Of a stretch of 27,806 nucleotides of DNA, positions 10,538 to 22,872 are shown in pieces; the stretch's first letter is position 1; the number at the start of each line of letters is the position of its first letter. The stretch is from Octopus sinensis (taxonomy: Eukaryota), in assembly GCF_006345805.1 (NCBI RefSeq), contig NW_021827583.1, positions 1 through 27,806 of the forward strand, read 5' to 3'. The position numbers were made by a program, and so were the translations under genes. The notes under the pieces are model-generated. The model was not told the DNA's origin. It saw only the letters and a list, made by a program, of their open reading frames with translations, and made no database searches.

Positions 10538-11204
10538 AATATAAATATATATCGTATATTTATATTTGTGTGCATATATATACATGTATGTAAATATAGA
10601 ACACACACACACACTTATTTATATATGTATACATATATACACACACACGCACACACACATATATCGAAAGTAGACTGGAACCAGAACAAATTATGTAACT
10701 GTAATTTGTGCTTATTATTTATGCTTTGTGATTATATCCCTCCTAAATGGAACATACAAGACCTTCAATGAATGGAAAAGTTTACAGAGTCTTGCGTCGT
10801 ATTATCCTCAAACAGAACCTTTCACCTCAGCCTGTTCAACCATTGGCTAGTGAAAAAGGAACTGAACTACACAATCACATAAACCTCTTCGCACATTCAC
10901 ATCCTCACATACATACATACGCTTCGTACACTTTCCTAGCTCATTGTATTGATAAAGTATATGTCAGTGTTGACACTCTCCTTTTTTTTTTAAATTTCAA
11001 ACAGGGATATATAGACATACATGCACCTACATACACATATATATAGGCATTTTAATCATATGTTGTGTGTGTGTGTGTGCTTGTCTGTAATGTCAAAAAT
11101 ACGCATAAATGTGTGTGTGTGTATATACATATCTATATTCTCCCTTTTTTATTTTTACTTTTTCTATTTTCTTCCCACCATATACACACACACACATATA
11201 TGTA

Positions 11205-11291
<87 letters not shown>

Positions 11292-11304
11292 ATGTTTATC
11301 TATC

Positions 11305-11368
<64 letters not shown>

Positions 11369-11369
11369 G

Positions 11370-11444
<75 letters not shown>

Positions 11445-11503
11445 CTCTCTCTCTCTCCTCCTCTCTCTCTCTCTCTCCTCTCTCTCTATATATATATTAT
11501 ATA

Positions 11504-11527
<24 letters not shown>

Positions 11528-11534
<7 letters not shown>

Positions 11535-11735
11535 ATATAATAAATATTAGGGAATAAATCCAAATTTACAGGGAAAAATCAGATTTAGGATTGAATCCAA
11601 TTTATAGTAAAATATTATATAATATTAATTAGAGACAATTTACTTTATATTAAAATTTTTTTATGTATTGATTAAGTCTTTCCTTGTTTGATTTGCAAAA
11701 TAGTGGTTTTGTCTCTAATTAATATTAATATATAT
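11528..11735. repeat. AT-rich fold-back module between microsatellites (probable Penelope-like terminus)
   Basis: Perfect 19-bp inverted repeat TAATATTAATTAGAGACAA at 11620-11638 / 11709-11727. Penelope assignment is inference. Confidence 0.5.
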
Positions 11736-11748
11736 AATATATATATAT

Positions 11749-11784
<36 letters not shown>

Positions 11785-11980
11785 TCTCACACACACAGGC
11801 ACATACATTGATATAGAACAGTGAGAATGAATGCTTATCACTGCATTGGTGAATAAATATTCTTAATTATGGTTTAAGGCTTCTATTGTTTTCATGTTAA
11901 GGAGAGTGCCTCAACAGCTCTCAAGGTTATCATACGGAACGTGGAGATGAACACTGATATTCCATGTGATAGTCTTGATA

Positions 11981-12024
<44 letters not shown>

Positions 12025-12288
12025 GTGTGTGTGTGTGTGTGTGTGTTGTGTGTGTGTGTGTGTGTGCGTGTGTGCGTGTATTTACATACATATATACTTA
12101 CTAAGGCAAGTTACTATAGAAATCAGGCCCGGTTTTCCCTTAGCTTATAAATATCTAAGGAGGTATTCACACGACCTCGGAATACAATGTAGTAACTAGA
12201 GCCACGTATAGTTGGGATGAACAGAAAACAAATTATCCTTATTTTTGATATTTCGTTACATGCGTTTTAATAATCAATAACTCTCAAT

Positions 12289-13075
12289 AAACTTAGGGAA
12301 GACTTAATCCATGCCCTGAATTCCCTTGTGCCCCCAAGATCACAATGAAAACAAGCCTGAAGGCGGTTGAGTTTCTTGACACAACCTTAGACTTTGAATC
12401 TACACCAATAGTTTTCAATCGGTACCCGCAGCGGATTTAAGGATGGGATTTGTTTCACGCCCACACTAACCTTACCAAAAGAAAACATCACTGGAAAGTT
12501 TTGTGATTTTCACTGCCATTTTCCCTGAATGGTAAAATCTTGTGGAGGTAATATTTTTCTTAGTTTAATGTAAAAGCTTCCCGCAAACGCATAGGTTCAG
12601 AAAAAATATTTAATAGATATACCTTAAGAGTTCCCTTTTAGCTGTGCACCTAGTATAAAGAAAAGATTAGTAAGTATCCTGTACCTGAAACAGAGGTAGG
12701 AGGCTCATGCAGAGGCAGCACTACGTGGTCATTTAACGGTCAATGCACAACAGTGACAGTTACATACGAGACAAAAGTGAAGTCAAAGGACCCTTGTGAG
12801 CAGATGGACCAACGGACATTTGTGAGCATGGCAACAGGTCCCTTCAGAACTAAATTTAACATCTACAAATGCTCTTGTATATACAGCTTTGGGCAGGCAT
12901 ATATGGTCGTTGAAGGTAAGTGGGGAAAGCTGCAGTGGTGCAGGCATTACTCCGATATCAATAAGAAGTGCTGGCTATGCTTTGCTGGTGAAAGGAACTA
13001 TTCTAAACAACTTTCTTAAATTGCAGAATGGAGGGTTTCTGTTAATGCCCATGTGAAAGGAAATATGTGATTGGC
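12289..13075 (+). pseudogene. Decayed Penelope-like element: RT C-terminus plus GIY-YIG endonuclease
   Basis: Fragments KLREDLIHALNSL, ITMKTSLKAVEFLDTTLDF (RT), KIFNRYTLRV, FSCAPSIK, NGQCTTVTVTYETKV, TFVSMATGPFRTKFNIYKCS (GIY-YIG-like) and NKKCWLCFAGE; frameshifted. Confidence 0.75.
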
Positions 13076-13176
13076 TACATGCAGTTTGCATCATAAGTAA
13101 AAACGTTAGACCTTCCACCATCAATACATCCCACAGTTTCAGAGTTCAGGACAGTGTTTACAGTAGCCAGTTATAG

Positions 13177-13267
<91 letters not shown>

Positions 13268-13269
<2 letters not shown>

Positions 13270-13420
13270 ATTCACAAAAAAAACAACAAAAAAACCAAAC
13301 AAAAGACGAAGACAGGTGGTGTAGAAAACAAACAGATGTATTAGTATAATGCTCGGGAATTGAAAAATTCTTTAACATTTCTAGCTTACGCCTTCCATAG
13401 AAAGAAACAAGGAGAGAAAA
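13268..13420 (-). mobile_element. Penelope-like terminal fragment (same family as 6338-6468)
   Basis: Reverse-complement homology (CCGAGC..TA.ACTAATA.ATCTGTT...GTCTTCGTCTTTT); degenerate HHR topology with perfect UUCUUU/AAAGAA stem I. Confidence 0.55.
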
Positions 13421-13894
13421 ATGTGTGTTGTGGCTAGCGATCTATCATGGCATATATATGTATATATACAAACACACATACACACGCACATAAATATCCT
13501 CCTTCAGCCCCTGCACACATATTAACCATGCACTGATAGCATCCAAGGGGTAACATCACTTTGAAGGTAGTTGCGCTCCACTCCGTGAAAGCATTTAGGA
13601 TTTTTTATGCAAGGAGCATAACTCTTGATGAATTCCATTCCGAACTTCTCCCACAGGCATTTTAGTTCCGTTTCTTTTCCCCCAATATTCACAAACCGGA
13701 TGTGACACTTGCTGACCTCAAATAGCAGGCGACCATCGCCATACTTTTCATACTAGCTTTTCTAATGAGAGCCGTCTTAGGTTATCCCCAAATTCGTGTC
13801 AGAAACCGATTGGTAAAATCGGATGAAATGGATCTACAATACTGCATAATATAAATATATATATAATAATATATATATATATATATATATATAT

Positions 13895-14043
13895 GGAAAA
13901 AAAAAGTCAAGATAGAAAATGCTAAAATAATTTTATAAAAAACATTTCAGTACCGGTTTCAGTCATTGAAACTTTTTCAACTATAAGTATGGAAAACAAT
14001 TAAATTTGGAAAAATTAAAAGAAAAGTTTTTTAGAAAGAATAT
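13895..14043 (-). mobile_element. Second copy of the U3:A8 HHR module (motif 13948-13983)
   Basis: Colinear with 8888-9040. Minus strand: TAG-TTGAAAA-AGTT(TCAAT)GACT-GAAA-CCGGTA-CTG; abuts (TA)n. Confidence 0.65.
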
Positions 14044-15283
14044 GAAAATGAAAATTATACTGACATCTCATTTTAACAGATATAGTTACCAAAATTACAT
14101 AAAAATATCTTGAAATACTAAAGAGTAAATTTATCCAATGAAATCGCCACTGGCTTCAACCATGGCCACAAGACGACTTCGGAATCTCCTGCAACTCTTC
14201 TGCACGGTCTCTTTTTTAAGTTGGTGAATGCTGCGATGATCATTGCCTTCAGTTCATCTTTGGTGTTGCAAAAAGTTTTGCTGGTCTCTCGCTCAACTGT
14301 GCCCCGCACATAATAATCAAGGGAGTGGCAGTCTGGGGAGTTAGGTGGCTAGATGTTATGCGTGATGTGGCCTCAGAAATTGTCTGACAGCCATGACTAG
14401 GTTCTCCTTGTGTGACATGATGCAGAGTTTTGTTACCAGACATAGGGTCTTCCAGCAGCCACCCTCTTGAGCCAAGGCAGCACTGCCTCCCCCAGCCACT
14501 TGACGTAGGCCTCCGTGTTGAGTGTGAGGCCGCCGTGTGGGAAAATGAATGGAGGCATAACGTTGCTATCAATAGTAATCACTCCAAACATCATGATGTT
14601 GACTGGATGTTTGATCTTTATTACTCTCTGTACATGTTTTGGAGACACGGCAAGCCGACGGTTGTTCTGTGTGTTCATCATCTGATCCTGGCAGAAATTT
14701 TCCTCGTATGAGAAAAACCAAAGCCTGTTCGGTTGGAGGGGATGTTAGTATTTGTTCAAAAGCTTCGTAGCGCGGTCTTTCCTCTTATCCTTGATGGTTT
14801 GAGATAAAAAAGTGTTCCTTTCTCATCTTGTATGCGGAATATCGAATGTCTTTATGCACCTCTTCTGCCTGATAAGAAGCTCAGACACTCCCATGTCCCT
14901 GGCGATAGACCTGATTGACTTGGAGAGGTCATTGTCAATCATGGCGAGGATCTCACCCACAAATTCAAGAGTTCTTTTCTTATCAGAACGATCAAGTGTG
15001 AGTTTTCCGATCTGCCGTACCTTAGTAATCGACATTAGACTCATCCAACTCTTTCGGAATTCTCTGCACAGTCCTCAGTGAAACACTCTGAAATATTCGT
15101 ACTGGAGCTTCCGACGCGCGAGTGCAATGCTGTACAGCATGTCGTTTCCAAATCTTTGGCGGAGTGAATTTCGTCATGGTGCTGTTTTTCTCACAGACGT
15201 TGCCCGACTGACCCTACTATACTGTGTAGTCGACAAAATCAAGAACAAAAAAAAAAATTACACAATTTGCCCATCACACCCTG
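14044..15283 (-). mobile_element. Tc1/mariner (maT/DD37D-like) transposon remnant with pseudogenised transposase
   Basis: One TIR ending CACCCTG|TA at 15283-15285. Fragments WFFSYEENFCQDQ, KHPVNIMMFGVI, YVW*QNSASCHT, PPNSPDCHSLDY. Spacing reads N-x36-D here, compatible with DD37D after loss of one codon. The other TIR is missing. Confidence 0.9.
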
Positions 15284-15459
15284 TATTTATACACACACAC
15301 ACACACACACACACACTATATATATATATGTATATATGTATATCTATATATATATGTATGTATGTATGTCTGTATATATATAATAATATAAGTATGTATG
15401 TATGTATGTATGTATATATGTATGTAATATATATATTATATATATATATATAATATATA

Positions 15460-15498
<39 letters not shown>

Positions 15499-15960
15499 CA
15501 GTTTCGCAGAGGAAAGTTTATGAAACACCAACTTCTATATGGATGCTTTGTTAAGCGTGAGGAACAAGTAGTTCTACTACTATAAGTAATAGTAGCTGCG
15601 GTGGTGGTGGTGGTGGTGGTGGTGGTGGTGGTGGTGGTGGTGGTGGTGGTAGTGGTGGTGGTGGTTGTGGTTGCGGTGGTTGTCGTGGTGGTTTGGTGGT
15701 GAAACAACAGAGTTACTGAAAATAGCAAAGGACTTGGGGGAATTGATCTAATTAAGGGGGGATTAAGAATAGAAACAATAAAAGCAGAGACAGAAACAAG
15801 AGTAAAGAAACTGAACTTTCAAAATAAGCTTATAAGGAAGAAAAAAGATTAGAATTCAGATAAAGGGACAAGTAGTAATTGAAATATGTCAAAAAATAAT
15901 TCAATTAAAATGTCTCAAAAAACAATGACAATGTTCATAGGTCATTAATTGTGAGCAGGT

Positions 15961-16135
15961 TCTAATTAGATGAATAAGACGTGGAAAAGAAATTGCAGAA
16001 GTGGAACGATATCACATTGATCAAATTATACAGAACGCATAACACTGTCAGAAAAGGTGTTTTTTGAGTACTGCAATGTAAGAAATCTGATATCAAAACA
16101 AAGTATATTATAATATAATTAATTACAATGTTACT
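15961..16135 (+). repeat. Unclassified ~180-bp interspersed repeat, copy 2
   Basis: Homologous to 9986-10167, same orientation. Confidence 0.7.
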
Positions 16136-16202
16136 TCGTTTAATCCAGTTGACGTCTCAAAGCAGTTAAGAGGGATTATATATACATACATACATACATA
16201 CA

Positions 16203-16274
<72 letters not shown>

Positions 16275-16391
16275 TACATACACACACACATATATATATA
16301 TATAATTAAAGGATAAGATCATTAAAATTAATGAATTTTATGGGTGGCCAGCATATAAAAAAAGCCTTGTGGGTAAAATACATATACAGAG

Positions 16392-16578
16392 ATATATAAT
16401 TGTATAGGGTACAATTATACTTAACGGTACAAAAACTACCATGCCTATACGGTGAAAATAGACGCCAAATACGTCTTAATATCTGAAGTGGTTGGAGGTA
16501 TTTGGTGTCAGTTTTCAGAGTATATTTATGATAGCTTCCGTACCCTTAAGTATAATTGTACCCTATACAGTTATATAT
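16392..16578. repeat. Long fold-back (81-bp arms, 25-nt loop)
   Basis: Arms 16392-16472 and 16498-16578; outer 51 bp match 45/51; abuts (TATC)n. Confidence 0.85.
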
Positions 16579-16606
16579 TCTTATCTATCTATCTATCTAT
16601 CTATCA

Positions 16607-16694
<88 letters not shown>

Positions 16695-16717
16695 GTCTGT
16701 CTATCTATCTATCTATC

Positions 16718-16794
<77 letters not shown>

Positions 16795-16985
16795 CCTACC
16801 TATCTATCTTTGAGACCAATTTTCCCTTTGAGACCAATTTTTCAGAAGCACGTCATATTCATGCTATTCGTTTTCACCTCCTGCTAAAATGTTTCTCCCG
16901 AATAGGTCTATACCAAAGAAAACATCACCGAAACGAATAACAAACTCTTGAATGAGTTGACTGAAGTAAATAAATAGACAGACAG

Positions 16986-17362
<377 letters not shown>

Positions 17363-17772
17363 GGAGAGGGAGAGAGAAATAGATAGCTAAAGAGACATAG
17401 GCAAATTGAACTGCTGATTATCTAGTCTCTCCAAATCAGAGTTTTATTTATTTTTTTTGCTTAAAGGACTCCCGTGATCCCTATTTTATTCAGATGGACC
17501 CTCATAGCCATTCGATGTTTGAAAAATCCTGTTATTTTTTTACAATTAAATATTTTAGGAATTATGAAAAAGAATTATATTTTGTGTATCGTAAAAGTAC
17601 AACCAATTTATTGGACAAATTCTAACAACTAACTCATATGTGGATTCCCAAGGGTCATATGGACCATGTTTAAAAACCGCTGCTCTAATTGCACTCACAC
17701 ATACACACACATTATTCTCTAAAACCACATTATAGTTATCACATATGGAAATAACATATCTGTCAACCAAAG

Positions 17773-18500
17773 TGTCACAAATCTAATGTCGGTACACATG
17801 ATGCTTATAATCGTAAGATAAGTCTTCACAGATCATTTTGAGATGATTGTCTTTTATATTCTTCACTACATTGGATATACAGATTTCACGAAGCCGGGAT
17901 AGACACAACGACATACTTCAAAATACTCCACTAGATACGATACTCCAATAAATACAAACTCCCAACGATCTCAGCGACTTCCTACGATTTCTCTCTCATC
18001 TCAGCCAAAACGCTACGTTTTATAAGAGTTCAGCTAGTCCATACTTCTAATCCTACAAGGATGTCAATGACTCTCAACACAACATCTACTCGCCCTCATT
18101 TGAGATTGACTTCCGTTGGAAGTTAATATCATTATTATTTTTCTTTTTTTCCTCTTTTCACCACATCTCTCTTTCTGAAAGTTACTTCCTAAGGTAGTTT
18201 AATATTTCTTCCTTTTAGGCACTACTTCCAACTGTTCTGTTTGTTTCCTCTTTCTTGTGCTGCTACGTCTGGGTTCGACTTCTTGTGGCGTTGGAACATC
18301 AAAGGTATCGTAGAGTACTTCCATGGGTATCGCTTTTCTTTTTTCCGTATATCTATTTTTTAGCTAGTTTAAGTGTCTTTTGTGTTCCCATTTTTGGCCT
18401 CTTATCATATACGCCTATTCGTTTTGTTACTACTCCGTCTTCCCAACCTTCGGCTAGTCCATTCTTCCAATCCCACAGGGGTGTCAATGACTCTCGCCAC
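17773..18500 (-). mobile_element. Ty3/Gypsy LTR retrotransposon 3' remnant (integrase tail, PPT, 3' LTR)
   Basis: Minus strand: WEDGVVTKRIG then HKRHLN*LKNRY...RRSSTRKRKQTEQLEVVPKRKKY* (stop 18199-18201), purine tract CAGAAAGAGAGA (18166-18177), then TGTGGTG at 18165. Distal LTR end is uncertain. Confidence 0.65.
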
Positions 18501-18825
18501 AGCTTTGTCCAAAGGTTCTCAATAGAACTACTTCTCACTGACCATTATATTGTCAGACTCCTCATCCATGAAACATGTTACTGCTCGAAGCTAATGAAAT
18601 CATTTTATTCCCCTTACCGAAAGACCAAAAATCATTCAGCATTGAAGAACGTCATTGAGGAGGTCTAATTATATCTGGTTTGTCTGCAGCTTTCAAAAGG
18701 GACTCCATTTTTCGTCCTTGACTCTTTTGTATTGTTCTGTGCGTAAATGTGAAGGAATTTGATAACATAGTAACGTCTATGTAAATGTATCGCGTCAGCG
18801 AAGTGTACACACACACACACACACA

Positions 18826-18865
<40 letters not shown>

Positions 18866-19216
18866 ACACGCACACATATACACAAACACAAACATGCATA
18901 CACACGCATACACGCAAACTAACACACACGCATATACTAAAAAAAGTACATAGAGAAACTAACACACACACATACACAAACCCAAGCATGCACACACACA
19001 CACATACACACAAATTAACACACACATATGCACAGACACAAACATGCACACACACTTATACACAAGCACAAACATGTATACACACACATGCACACAAACT
19101 AACACACACACACATATATACACAAACAAACATACACACACACACGCACAGACAGACACACACACGCACACACATATTACCGCATGCATAGTGTCTCTAG
19201 GACGTAGAGCTTGCTT

Positions 19217-19585
19217 CATTACCTCCGCCTTAGCAATGGCGGAGGTATTGTTTTCAGTTGTGTTTGTTTGTTTGTCCGTGGACAAGATATCTCAAGAACC
19301 GCTGGTTGGATTCGGATGAAACTTTCAGGGATGTTTGGTCTCGTGACTGGCCCGAACTGATTACATTTTGGGATCGATCCAGTACCTTACAAGGATTCTG
19401 AATTATTTCTCATGACTTTTTACTTAATTTTTGAGAGAGGTCGGGTTCATTTTTAGTATTCTCATTTGTGAGTGCAGTCGAGTTTATTTCAGATATTCTC
19501 ATTTTGAAAATCATCTCTGGCTAATCGTTGAGAGGACGTTGATTTTATCTTGGCGGAGGTTTGCACCCTCTGAGTGCTCTTGTTT
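19217..19585 (+). mobile_element. Helentron-associated non-autonomous element (HINE/DINE-1-like)
   Basis: TACCTCCGCC 19220-19229 with inverted copy GGCGGAGGTA 19238-19247 (5' hairpin), distal subTIR GGCGGAGGT 19552-19560, 3' hairpin GCAC...GTGC 19563-19577, T-rich ends. Strand is nominal. Confidence 0.75.
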
Positions 19586-19984
19586 CATATTTGTGAAGAT
19601 AACTGATATGCATGCATAAAGAACATATACAAAATATACACGCGCACACAGACACACGCACACACATACGTACATACATAGCAGTCAAAAGCTTTTAAAA
19701 CGGTATGATAAACTTTTTCTATTTTGTTATCATACCCTAAATTTATTCTACATCCTTCTTTGGCATTTCATCCGACTGATTATACATTGTCATTAAGTTA
19801 ACTATTTGCAAATGGTCACATACTAACGTGAAGAATTATCGCTAAAACAAGGTGACGTCATTGAAATAATTACGATGGCTGACACGAAATTGAGCGGTCA
19901 TTATTGCTATTCTCATTAAACACATTGTTTTAGTTTACTGTTGCTGTCTTGTTTTTGTTTACTTTGATGATACTTAAGTGCAGA

Positions 19985-20011
19985 TTATTATTATTATTAT
20001 TATTATTATTA

Positions 20012-20048
<37 letters not shown>

Positions 20049-20050
20049 GT

Positions 20051-20111
<61 letters not shown>

Positions 20112-20113
20112 GG
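19985..20113. repeat. Compound (ATT)n(GTT)n(GGT)n microsatellite
   Basis: Direct reading. Confidence 0.95.
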
Positions 20114-20205
20114 TGTTTAACCCCTGATCGAGCAGAAATTTGATTGATGGCTTTCCAGATGCAGCAAATCTCTCTCTTTGTTTATCAGAACGATATTGCC
20201 TGAGG

Positions 20206-20352
20206 CAGTCATGGGTAAACTGCGGCCCGCGGGATTTTCTGAATGGCACACCAACAAAAAAATTACCTTGAATATTTTTAATAGTGTGGCCCAACTGATG
20301 ATTAAGCAATGCCTCATGTGGCCCTCTTCGCTATATAATTGGCCCATTCAAA
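20206..20352 (+). mobile_element. Possible hAT (Charlie-like) MITE remnant
   Basis: CAGTCATGGGTAAACTGCGGCCCGCGGG resembles the hAT terminal motif; the opposite end is degenerate. Confidence 0.4.
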
Positions 20353-20396
20353 GGGCTGATTTGCCTGCTTTTTCTAGCAGAATGGGTGATCCTCTC

Positions 20397-20598
20397 TTAT
20401 TTTCTTTTCATCCGTTTCAGTCATTAGTCAGCAGCCATTTTGAGGAACCGCGTTGAAGAATTCTTTTAGTCGAAGGAATCGACTCCAGTATTTTTTATTG
20501 AGTCTTATTATATTGGTCTCTTTTGCCGAACCTCCAAGTTACAGGGATGTAAGCACACCAACACCTGTTGTCAAGCAGTGGTGAGGGACACAAAGATA

Positions 20599-20633
<35 letters not shown>

Positions 20634-20780
20634 CTTTACACGACGAGTTTCTTTTCTGTTTCCTTCTACCAAATCCACTCACAAGGTTTTGACCGGCTCG
20701 AGATTATAGTAGAAGACATTTGTCCAAGGAGCCACGCAGTATACTGAACCCGGCACTGTGTGGTTAGGAAGTAAGTTTCT
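20397..20780 (-). mobile_element. Diverged CORE-type SINE (family C-related)
   Basis: Colinear with 391-791 including internal (CA)n; head truncated. Confidence 0.8.
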
Positions 20781-21037
20781 TTATTTCATGAAATTGATTA
20801 TAGAAGCCTTACATAGATGGGACAAACAAGGACAGACAAACAGAGAGAGAGAAAAGTTGCTTACAACGAATGGAAATTTTTCGGATGATGAATATAAATG
20901 TCATGCGGTGAAATATATTTTTCTTTTTTTAAATTTCAAATTAAACATGATAATCATTACAAATTCTGCAATATGTATAACTGAAGGAAAGGTATCCAAC
21001 TGCCAGATTCGAACCATTACTTTCCCTCTGGCCCCAC

Positions 21038-22740
21038 TTAACTGGTTCCAGTCATTCGCAGCATGTTCATTACTTGCTTCCATCTTTTCACGAACATATC
21101 CTGTGATAGGCATTTCTTCTTCAGCCTGATTTTACTATCGAGGTGGTAACTAAAGAAGTTAACCAACCCATGGCCGGAGCCGAAGGTACCTGTCACTATA
21201 CCTCTTACACGCGTTCTCCATACTGCTTCTTTCAGTACGGCAACTACGCAAAAAAAAAAAGCCTTCCTTTCCCTGTCAAGGGAAAGAGACTGTACAATCT
21301 TGATAATAGACTCAACCGATAGCTGTACTCTTAACATTATTGACAACAATTGCTCGACAAAAACTATCAGTCCCGATAATTCCGGACACTTCACGAAGGC
21401 GTGCAAGCCATTTCCTCTGTCCCCACCCTGCACCTCGGGCATGTCGGGCCGACTTACCAGCTAGTCTCGATCAGGCAAAGCCGAACGGTAGCACTGCCAA
21501 GCCAGGGATTTCTGGTAATTATCCAGATGCCCCGGCCCGAAACTTCTGAGCTGGTTGATCAACTGATTTCCAATGAAGTCCAGGGCCTCCCTCAGGACAT
21601 TGTCTGACATAAATTCTACTAACCCGCTGTAGAAATCCGCAGTGCAACTCCTGTTGCCGGTATTGCCCGCCCGAGAGAGTAGCTGGAGCGCCTGACGGCA
21701 CTCACATTGTCAATCCCCCAGCTTCGTTTGATCCATAGACCGATATCCATTAAGGACGTCAACTGAGAAAGGTAGAACCTTACGTACGGTGACTACACCT
21801 GCTCCCCATCCTGGTAAAGCCAGAAGGTGCCTCAACCTTAACGCGAATTTTCGCATCTTCAGCCAAGGCATCCCCAACCCACCCTTTAGCGGTTTGGGGA
21901 GCAGTCAGCGCTTCACCAGTAGTTTTCCTCCCTTCCATAAAAAGCGGAAAAGGATTCTTTCCAACTTGTTCATCCACACATCGGGGCAAGGCAAAACGGT
22001 TAAATGGCAGGTGATTAAAGAAGCTATGAACATCTGCGCCACATTCCGCCCTCCCTATCAAAGATAACGCCCGCCCAGACCAGGTCTGGGTCCGGGCAGT
22101 CACCTTGCCCGTGACCACGCTCCAATTTTTCTCTATCTGGAGGTCTGGACCGAACCAGACCCTAACAACTTTACCAGAACTTCCGTCCAACGCCCCACGA
22201 CGTTATTAGACAACACTGACTTGCCCCTCCAGATACCGAGTTGCAAGCCGACCGACTTGTCCTGATTAACCATTGCTCCTTCCACCGCCTTGTATCCTTT
22301 GATGGTGCTTTCCGCATCAGGAAGCTGCCCTTTTTCAGGCACGATGATGGAAATGTCATCCGCACACGCAGTAGCTCCTCTTCCACCCTACAGATCATGC
22401 AGCACGCCCCTAACGCCTCCAACTTCCGCAGCAATGGCTCAAGAGCCAGTACATGCAAAAGTGGGGACAGGGGACATTCCTGGCGTACTGAGCGTTCAGT
22501 CTTGAACGGCTTTCCAAAAAACCGTTCACTCGGACGAAAAACTCGATGTCACTGTACAAAGAAGCAATCCAACCGCGGAAAGTCGGGCCCAACCCGGCCT
22601 CCTCGAAGATCGCCGCCAGGTACCGATGGTTGACCCTATCAAATGTTTTAGACCAGTCTAAATGTACAAGTACCCCACCTTTGCCAGAAATTTTCCAAAC
22701 CCTCTCTAAGGAGTAAAATGGAGGTTGTCGTGAATTGACG
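21038..22740 (-). pseudogene. 5'-truncated Tx1/L1-clade LINE ORF2 remnant (RT + CCHC zinc knuckle)
   Basis: IHDNLH, LDWSKTFDRVNHRYL, ERSVRQ, VLALEPLL, ACADDISII (YADD decayed), KLLG/VWFGP, CPRCR...LHAFVKCP; multiple frameshifts. Confidence 0.9.
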
Positions 22741-22872
22741 CTGCTGCTGCTGCTACTGCTGCTGATGATGATGATGACGACGACGACGACGACGATGACG
22801 ACGATGATGATGATGATGACGACGACGACGACGACGACGATGACGACAACGATGATGATGATAATGTTGATG
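22741..22872. repeat. Compound (CTG)/(GAT)/(GAC) trinucleotide microsatellite
   Basis: Direct reading; abuts the LINE 5' break. Confidence 0.95.

Noticed and set aside
12289-13075. Selenocysteine read-through in the PLE remnant
   Set aside because: The copy is too frameshifted to distinguish programmed TGA codons from decay, and no SECIS was recognised.
15502-15570. Candidate exon FRRGKFMKHQLLYGCFVKREEQ
   Set aside because: Weak splice context (acceptor follows a TA tract) and no homology recognised.
17650-17682. hAT-like terminal motif
   Set aside because: Only one plausible end; partner TIR and TSD not found.
21340-22633. Plus-strand ORFs over the LINE
   Set aside because: Antisense shadows of the minus-strand Tx1-like RT.
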